From: Candidatus Omnitrophota bacterium
GTDB lineage: Bacteria > Omnitrophota > Gorgyraeia > VGKH01 > JBHPFN01
Assembly (NCBI GenBank): GCA_042571725.1
Contig: JBHPFN010000005.1
Coordinates: 1,196 to 65,195, forward strand
Direction of reading: 5' to 3'
Length of the DNA stretch: 64,000 nt
How positions within the stretch are numbered: the stretch's first letter is position 1; each line of letters begins with the position of its first letter. Below the pieces are notes generated by a model that was given only the letters and a program-made list of their open reading frames with translations, was not told the origin of the DNA and ran no database searches. Shown here one piece after another: positions 51,001 to 60,000 of the stretch. The translations under genes and the position numbers were made by a program.

Positions 51001-54000
51001 AGCTGCGCGCAGAAAAGATCAGGGTAGAGACGTTAAAGCCTTAGACGTAGCACTAGCAGTGGATAGAAAGTTGATAGCCTTAGGGATTTTGCCCCAGACT
51101 GTTAAGGATTTAGGTTATGGTGCGGTGCCTGCCGTTGTTGAGCGGCTCATCCATGAAGAAGAAGATCGCCAAATGCACGAAGGCCATCCGTCGAAGCAAG
51201 GAGATGGTTCTAGTTCGGCAGAGACCGCCCACTTTATAGGCTTAGCACCTGGAATTTCTTTTGTGTCTGTCCTCGCACTCGGTGCGTTGGCGCTGGAGTG
51301 GTTGTGGCCGGGTGCGGGTATCGGCTCAGTTGCTTTTGCAGCACCAACTCTCCTGGATATGTTTTTAAAGGAAGTTGGTACTGCACCCATATATGTTGAA
51401 TTGAGTGGGTGCTGCACTGCCTTGCTTACAAGTTTCGGTGCTGCACTGACTATCTGGGAAAGTTGGTGCAGTACTGCCTCGTTTACCAGTGTCAGTGCTG
51501 CGGTGCCGCCGTCGATGAGAGCGGTGAGTAATCCGCATGAAGATATAATTGGATATATGAGAGAGAAAATTTCAGCGCTCCCAGATAATGAAAAAACTGC
51601 GTTGCGTAGAGAGCTTTGGGAAACAGCCATCGCCGATCCTCACAACCCTGTCATGTTAAGCCTCGCTGTCTTGATAGAAGGGGGAGTAAGAATTCAGACC
51701 TTGCAACGTCTTATAAATGTTTTAATCGGCTTAAGATTTGATCCTACTAACTCATTGTCAATAAGCTACCATATATCCGATATTGTTACCTATATGTCAG
51801 AAGAATTGCTGGGTGAAGATTTAAGCATGTTCAGATCTGATATTAGAAAAATGCGGGCGTCTAATGTTGTTACGGTAGTGAGGCGAAAAGCTTTGCCTGT
51901 TGTTTCTTTGGATAGAGATGCATCTTTAGCTGAATTAAGAAGCCAATACCTTATGCTTTCGAGTGCCCAAAAAGAATTGATTTGTTCAGATGACAATTTT
52001 CTTTCGATCGCGAGAGAAGTGAATGATAGCTTAAGGCAGCATATTAGACAGTTAGTAGAAATATTATTACCTCGAGTCTGGAGAGAGTTGGGAATTCCTC
52101 TTGATTCAGATGCGTTCTTCTATTTCCGTGGAGTAAAGGTATTTGCTTCAGATCTGGATTGTTTCTATCGGGGACCTCGCGCAGAAGAGGTAATGCGCAG
52201 GATGGCGGTATTGTTATCTCATTTTGGATTTAAGGTAGATTTAAAGGAATATTTTCTTATGAGCGAAAGGATTGAAAGTGGAAATCTTAACCGCGGCGTA
52301 TATTTCCATTTCTTTGATGGAGACGCAGTGGAATTTAATAATGCTTCTTTCGATAAATTTTATCAGGCAGAAATTGCAACACAGGTAAATACGCAGGAGA
52401 TTTGGCTCACGGCAGTCCATCCTTACCTCTCCAGACAATTGTCATTCTGGAATGGACAGGACGGACCAACACCTCAGACACACCTAAAAAGAACAGATTT
52501 CAAAAAATTATATTATCAGGTCGTCACGCATCTGGTTTTTGGTCTTGCTTCTAAATTTGGCGTAAGGGGATTTGAGCTTAATGACGGTTCCTTTTGGGTT
52601 AATTTGGCTCAACATATAGATCCTGAAGAAATAACTGCTCTGCAAGAAGGATTTGCTTTTGCTCATCAATCAAGGAATATTTGGCAGGTGATTAGTGAGA
52701 GGAGATGGGAAGATAGTGTTGAGCCAGCGGATATAGATGCAATGCGTGGCATATTTGCGCAGCAGGGCATAAGTGATTACGATGGCTTTGTCGCTGAGTT
52801 AGGCCAGAGATTAGAAGATATTAGAGCAAGGTATTTTGGATCGCCTGATTTTGATAGGTGTAAACATCATGGTAAAGATGGAGGGGAATCTACCGCATGG
52901 AGAAGAACAGCTCAAGCCTATCGCAAGACAACAGAGGAATGTTTTAGTGGAGCGATTGGCGAAGCCGCCTGCTTTACGGGCGTAGAGTTTGGCCTCCTTC
53001 TCGATCCCATTCTTGAACTTGGCAGTGCAATGGTTGAGTGGTTGTGGCCGGGAACGGGGCTTCTGACTTTGGTTCCGCCAGGTTCGACTTCGGACAGAGG
53101 TGAAGAAAAAACAAGCACAACTGTTGACACTAAGGAAAGCTCTTCCCGCCCGTCCTCGACAACTGTTGATTTTCAACCGACATACGAGACGTTAGCTTCC
53201 ATACAAAGAAATAGTACAAGAGTGAATGCGAGAAACGTCATGTCGGTGGCGGGTATTTGGATAAAAGAAGTTATTGCTCGTCTATGGGGTTTTCTGGCTC
53301 AACATCCATCCTTGTACCTCTCAGTTGCTCGTTGTGATGGAGCAAAACCCTTACGCTTCAATAGTATGGAATCTTACCGAGGAGAGCCCCTCGTAGTCAT
53401 TAGGACAGGATGGTCGATTCCTCGGATGCCGGGGGCTGGTTTGCGTTCACAAATAAGAAAGTATGCCCAATACCTTGATTTAAAACTTACCAATAGAGAA
53501 GTCCATTATTTAGTGAAAGAGATTGCCGCGCGCAATGATGGAATTTTTTATGGATTTGGTGATTTTCGTCCCAGCGACTTATGCGTTATCAGTATTGTTC
53601 ATCACTATCTCTTATTCCGGGAAATTTTATCCACCGGTCGTATTATTACCGTACAAGAGTTATCGAATCTGCAACGGGTTTATTTTATGAGTCATACTTC
53701 TAATCCTTATTCAGGTGATTATTTAGGATATTGTTTTGATATGGCTATTATTCTAAACGCTAATACGCTTATGCGAAGATTGAGACGACTACGGGAACAA
53801 GTGGGGTCAGAAAAGCTCCCCACGGCAGTAAGCAACTATGTACAGGAGATCTTGGATGGTGGTGGAGTTAATGCCTTTATCATGCTTGCGAAAGACGCCT
53901 TGTACCATGAGATAGCGCATCAGGCACTCTTCGATGTTGAAAAGAAGGAAGAATTACTCGATATGTTATCACGGTTACCAGTTTCTCAAGCCGTACGAGA

Positions 54001-57000
54001 AAAAATCGGACATGAATGTGGGGCCGATCTTGGGAAAATGGCATTTAGCACAAAACCGAAACTCCTTCTCTTCAGCAAGACCGCAGGCGCTGTTCGTGAC
54101 AAAGAAGAACGTCCCGAGACTGTATATGGGTTACGATTGATCATCAAGTTGATGTTTGAGCGCTTGGGATATGGCAACGATATTGACTTATCAGATGACA
54201 ATCAATGGCGTGAACGCAGACAATCATATACCGATTTTATCGCCAACTGTTCTGATAAGGATATTAATGAGGCAGCAGGAGCTGCTTTTGAGCACTTCTA
54301 CGCTGAGCTCCCATCTTTTGATTTAGTTGAACTGCCAGAAGAATTTATTGATCATTATCGTACTTCTTCAGATTATTCAAGCGGCAGTGCAGCCTGCTTT
54401 ATGGGCTTTGGTTTTGACATTCCTTTTGCATCGATCTTTGTGCTAGGCAGCGCATTACTCGAATGGTTATGGCCGGGTTCTGGAGTAGGAGTAGTTGCAT
54501 TTGCTATGGTACCCCCGCCGCCAGGCGGGGGCGAGAAAAAAGATCCGGCTTCTTTGGATGAATTAGACGTGGCTCGATTTGCGATTGCTGATCGGCGTAT
54601 GCGAGAGTTCCTGGCAGAAAATGGAACAACTGCTACTGCAGATTCACTCGAGAGAGAGTTCTGGCAATGGCATGCAATTCTTATGGGGTATGAAGAACCA
54701 AGACCGATTCGATACCGTGACGAAGAAACTCAGCGGGAGATGAGGGAGCTCTTTAGTTTTATTGCAGAAAGCGTTGATCTACCTGCACAAACGTTAATCG
54801 CAGCTATGATGAATAACAGAGTCGTAGAGATTCATCCTTTTGAAGAAGGAGGGAATCATAGACTTGCTTTATTGCTGGGCAATTTCGTATTGTTACGTGC
54901 GGGTAAGACACCGTTACCTGTATTTATGGGTCCCGCAGGAGAAATCTATGGAAGGTTTACCCGTCGTGCAACCATACAAAAGGCAGCTCCGTTTGCGTGG
55001 CTAGATACTGTTCGCCTTATGAAAGCTGTTGATGATCACGGACTCAATCCTCAGGAGCCAGGAGAAGATGATAGCGCTCAGACCAGCGATGAGGGAGAAG
55101 CTGATTCTGGCTCTAGCGGCGAAGCGGCTTTCTTTGCCGGGTCTTCTGGAGTTCCTGCGCAAGGATTGATCGACAGCATCAAGACATTGCTTGCTTCTAT
55201 CCAGGCTAAGCATCATGAGTATTTAAGCCAGGAGTTTACCAGGGATTATCCTTTTGTGTGTGAGCGCTCCTCAATCGTACTTGCCAAAGTCCTCTCTGAG
55301 CTCTTTGGTATACCGATAGGCGCAGACAACGGTAATCCGGCAATGATAGAAGTTATATTGGGAGTTAAGCGTGATCAATTTGAGGTAAATGATAGAGATA
55401 GACAAATTCCACGGCAGAACTGGGTAAAGCTTACCCTTACAAACGGAGAACAGTGGTATATCGACGGCCTGCTTAAACTTTTCTATCCTGAAATTGGAGA
55501 TTCAATTGTAGTCATGCCTTATGACGAGGCGTTAGCGAAATACGACTTAGCTGAGGTTAGCAGGGATTTCTTTATTGAGCAGATCGGAAAGACGCCTCCT
55601 GCCTATCATGATCTTTTTGGTCTCGTATTACGAGGAGAAGAAGGCCGATCAGAACAAGCAGATTTGTTAGAATTACCTCTTGGTCAAAGAATGCTCGAGC
55701 TAAGAGGATTAATGGCAATGCATGTAAGGGTGCGCAGAGACCCTCACACGTATTTCTCAAGAAGGCCGGAGGCAGAAGGGATGCAGCGGGTAGTTAGAAA
55801 GTTATTGGATCATATAGCTTCGAGTGAAGGTGGCAGCGTCTCTTGCTTTACGGGCTTGGCAGTTGGTGGTTATTCACCGGTGATTCTTGCTTTATTGGTG
55901 GTTATGGCATTCATATTTGTTGATCAGATTGTTATGCAGCTTAAGCGATTCGAGCGGTGGGAGAAGATTCAAGCGTTTGTCGTGGTTGCATATATTGTTG
56001 CGTTTTTTGCGTTCTTATCGTGGCTAGCAGGTTTGGGATCACAAGAAGATCCCATCCCTGCAGCAAAATGGCTGGTCGAGCTCAACAACGCTCAAGGCGC
56101 TGAATGGATTCCATTAACCCTGGCTATGGCGGTGCCGCCGATACGCAGTAGAGCCAGAGCCATTGATTGGATGTTGGATGTGATGAGGATCGGGGAAATA
56201 AATGGCCAACCAGTGATTATTTTATGGAAGTACAGAAATATCTTCCATTGGGTTAAATTTTATGGAAGGCCTGCAAATGCTCCGAAACAAAGCACTCTTC
56301 GAGCGGCCCATGAATTGATACAAGATATTACTTCTGCGCTACCTTATAATTTTGGAGTTTACGTTGAAAGATCTTCAGCTGGGCCATCTTCTGGCGGTCG
56401 TTATATCACCGCACTAGGCATTACCAGAACCGATTATAGTGACCTTCAAGAGCTTTATGAAGAAATCAGAGGGTATCTGCAGACGCGCATGCAAGAAGAG
56501 TCGCGCGCGCTCAGCAATGCTCCTAGACAGGTTGGTGATTCCATTGGAATGGCTATGTGGCAGATTTATTCAGCCTTGTATGGGAGGCGGTATTCTCTGA
56601 TTTTTGAAGACTATCTTTTGCAAGCACGCGTGCGTTCGGACGGATCACTTTTTCAGCGCAGACAAAGAAGGATGGAACTTGATTTTATGAGGCGAATTTT
56701 CTTTATTGAAAGGTGTGCGCGACCGCACTCGCAATACTTTGTATTTTCTGCTTGGGTAACACAATTGACACGAGAGGAGTTTAGAAGGTTAACCCAATTG
56801 CCCGCTCTGCAGAAAAGAATCACGAGGGTCTTCCAAGCGGATGTGCAACAAGCCGAATCAGAAATTAGTGGTGAATTGGAATATTTGCGAAGAGTAAGGC
56901 CAAAAGGCCCTCGATCTGGTGGGGGTCCTGGCGTTGGCGGCGGTGCGATGGTTTCTCTGTGGTGGTTGCTTACCGTATTTTCAGGATTGTTCTCCGGCGG

Positions 57001-60000
57001 GATGGTATTAGGCGTGGCTGCAGATGCTGAAAGCGAAATGGGAGATCTTGCTATTGAGATTTCTCCTAAGATTGCGAATCCAAAAGTGCGTCAAGACCTC
57101 GAGGCGCTGATCATTCAACATAAAGGTATACTCTCAACTCTTGCCCCTGCTGTATACATCGAAACGGGCAAGGGCGAGCCTGAAATCGCGCTGAGCCGCG
57201 ATAGAACACAGCTGACGCTTTTACTTCCTGTAAGAAAAACGAGGGATATGAAATGGCTTGAGCGGGAGAAGATCATTGAAGGCTTGGTTGCCAAAATGAA
57301 TGCCTATCTGGAAAGTCCGGAAGCCGGCCTTATTACCATTGTTCCGATACGCCATGAAATTGCGGAGCATTTTACAGAGGTAGAGCCTTACATGGAGGAA
57401 CGATTAGAGAAAGCCAAGGTTAAAGGTCGAAGGCTCGGCATTATCGAAGAGCTGGGTGGCTGGATGAGTTTGCCTAAATTCAAACAGCACCATGAAACAA
57501 TGCGGCGCCTTGCCAGTGATTTCCCTTCACCGCAAGACCTTTTGTTTGACCCCGCTCATGAAGGTGTGTGGATTACGTTTTGGGAAGGCGTCAAGGAACA
57601 CGGGCAAGATTTGAAGAGACGGCTGGAGCAAGCTATTGCCGGTGGGCACGTTTCTGAGATTGAGACGTTAATTAGGCCTGGTTTTTTTGGCTGTGCCTTC
57701 AAGAGTTGGCTGGCCCGACATCGGTTGGTCCCTGTTTTGTCTGAAGTTCCTTATCCGGATGTTGAGCAACTCAACAAACAACATGATTGGTTAAAAGATG
57801 AACCCTGGGGAAGAGGGCCTTTTGCAATCAGCGGAGGACCCCGTGAATTCAATGAGGCGGCTTTGGCTATACTTGAGCAACGCTATTTCTTGGGAGAGGT
57901 TAAAGAAGCAAAGCAGATGGTCATTCGTAACCGTCGTAAGGAGCAACTTCTTGAAACACTACCGCTGAATCCTGATGTGGAATATTTGTTTATCGTGGGA
58001 GGCGGTCACGTAAGGGGCATTCGAAAACCTTTCCCAATTTGTGTCGCTTTCACGATGGAGTCGCCCGAAGGCTTGAAAAGATTGCCAGTTCTGGAATGGC
58101 GCACCGGCGGCCCCTATGAGGCGGAGCGGAAGATTACAGAGTCGTTGCAAGCATTGATCGAAGAGGAACACTCAGAAGCACTTGAAGATCCACAATATGG
58201 CTCTGAGGGCATTAATCAATTGATCAATGCTGAGGTTGCAATGACAGATGAGTGGCGTCGGTCGCTTGACCACATGATCTTTTCTATGTTTTTTGCTTCT
58301 CTGAGGCTTCAAGACAGTGAAGCTACAGGTCTTGACTGGACGCCGGATGATCAAGGCAGAGCGATTAAAATTATACACGCTGCCACCGATGATTTGCCAG
58401 ACGATGAGTTTAGACAATTAATCATAGGGTTAATGCAAGTAAAACCAGATGTGCACCACGCATTTCGAGAGCGCTGTCAGGCGGTGCTTAATGATGAGGA
58501 CAATACTTTTGTGCAAGGGCTCTTCCTTCCTTCGAGAAATAAGAGAGATGGTGGTTCCGGCTCTAGCGCAGGCGCTGCCAACTTTATAGGCTTAGGGCTT
58601 GATATTCCTTTTGAATCTATCTTTTCACTTGTCAGCGCATTGTTCGAGTGGTTGTGGTCGGGTGTTGGCTCAGTTGCTCTTGCGATGGTGCCGCCGGGTC
58701 AGATTTCGGGGAGTGGAGAGAATCGAGGCGTCGATCTCTATAACCGGGATGGACTGACGCAGCTGGCGCGTGAAATCGTCACCCAAGCTATTCGCGAAAC
58801 AGGGGTGGAGGATTATGACATCCGTCTCTTTGGAAGTGCGGTATGGGGAGTTCCGCCCTTTGAAGATATCGATCTCTTCATCGATGGTCCTGGAGGAGAA
58901 ACTGGTGTACTACGTTTGCGAGAGCATTTGATATCTCTCGCTGCGCAACGAGGTGTGAAGGTGGACGTTACAGCAAGAAGGGTTTTTGAAAAGGGTTTCG
59001 ATCCTGATTTCGGCGTAAGGCCGGAATCTAACTGGTCCTCGATACTCAACGTACCTAGGATTCGCAAAGAAGGCCTCATTGTGTGCTTAAAAGCGACAAA
59101 AGACCCGGACATTTCTCTAGATAAAAGGAACAATGATACAGCGGGGGATGAGGGAGATCATAATCTCGGCCCAGGCGGAGGCGCGGCACACTTTATAGGC
59201 TTTCGATTTGAAATTCTTTTTGCATCATTCGTCCTCCGCTGGGCAATGATTGCGGTAATACTTCTATTATTACTCGGCGCGCCGCCGAAAGCTACAGCCA
59301 ATGTGCCTGAAGATCACAAGACGCAGGAGCTTCCTAGAGAGCTTGTTGCAGAAGCCGCAAAGTACGAGTATCAATGGGCCACACCGGAGATGGAGGCGCT
59401 GCTTGATGGTATTGTAGCCTTAGCAGAATTTTATGGAGAAGATTGGGATTCAGGAAAGGTATTCCCTGTGCCTATTCAATTAGATGTAGACCTAAAAGTG
59501 GCTGCGGTAATCATGGCATCCCGCGCTGAACAAGAATCCACCGCTATCCCTCAGACCACACTTACCGATACAACAACCTTCACCTACCACAATGAAACAG
59601 TAGCTCAAGAGGCAATAGAGCAAGAAGCGTCAGAACAGGAAGTGTCAGAATCACAGTCATTCATGTATAGATGGCGTCACATTTTGCGCGGTCTTGGGGC
59701 TGTTGTCGTAGTATTGTTAGCTCTTTCAATACGCAGGAAGAAGGCGCAGGCAGCAGGAATGATTGTAGCTGGACTTGTTCTGTTCGGCGAAGTTTCTTCT
59801 GCCTATGCTGAAGTTCTTGGAAACGAAGACATGAGAGCTATGCGCGCAGATCCTTTTGGGGACTTATTTGGTCTCTTAATCTTTATAGCATGGATACTTT
59901 TAATAAAGAAATTCATTGCATCGTCAGCCAGCAACTCTGATGCTCAAGCTTCGAGAAATAGGGATGTATGGGATCAAGATAGAGCAATACGCGAGTATAC

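Noticed and set aside
51377-51507. The regularly spaced short repeats might be a CRISPR array.
   Set aside because: The boxes are only 12-14 nt with spacers of about 15 nt, the copies are imperfect, the array lies inside coding sequence, and there is no leader or cas context.
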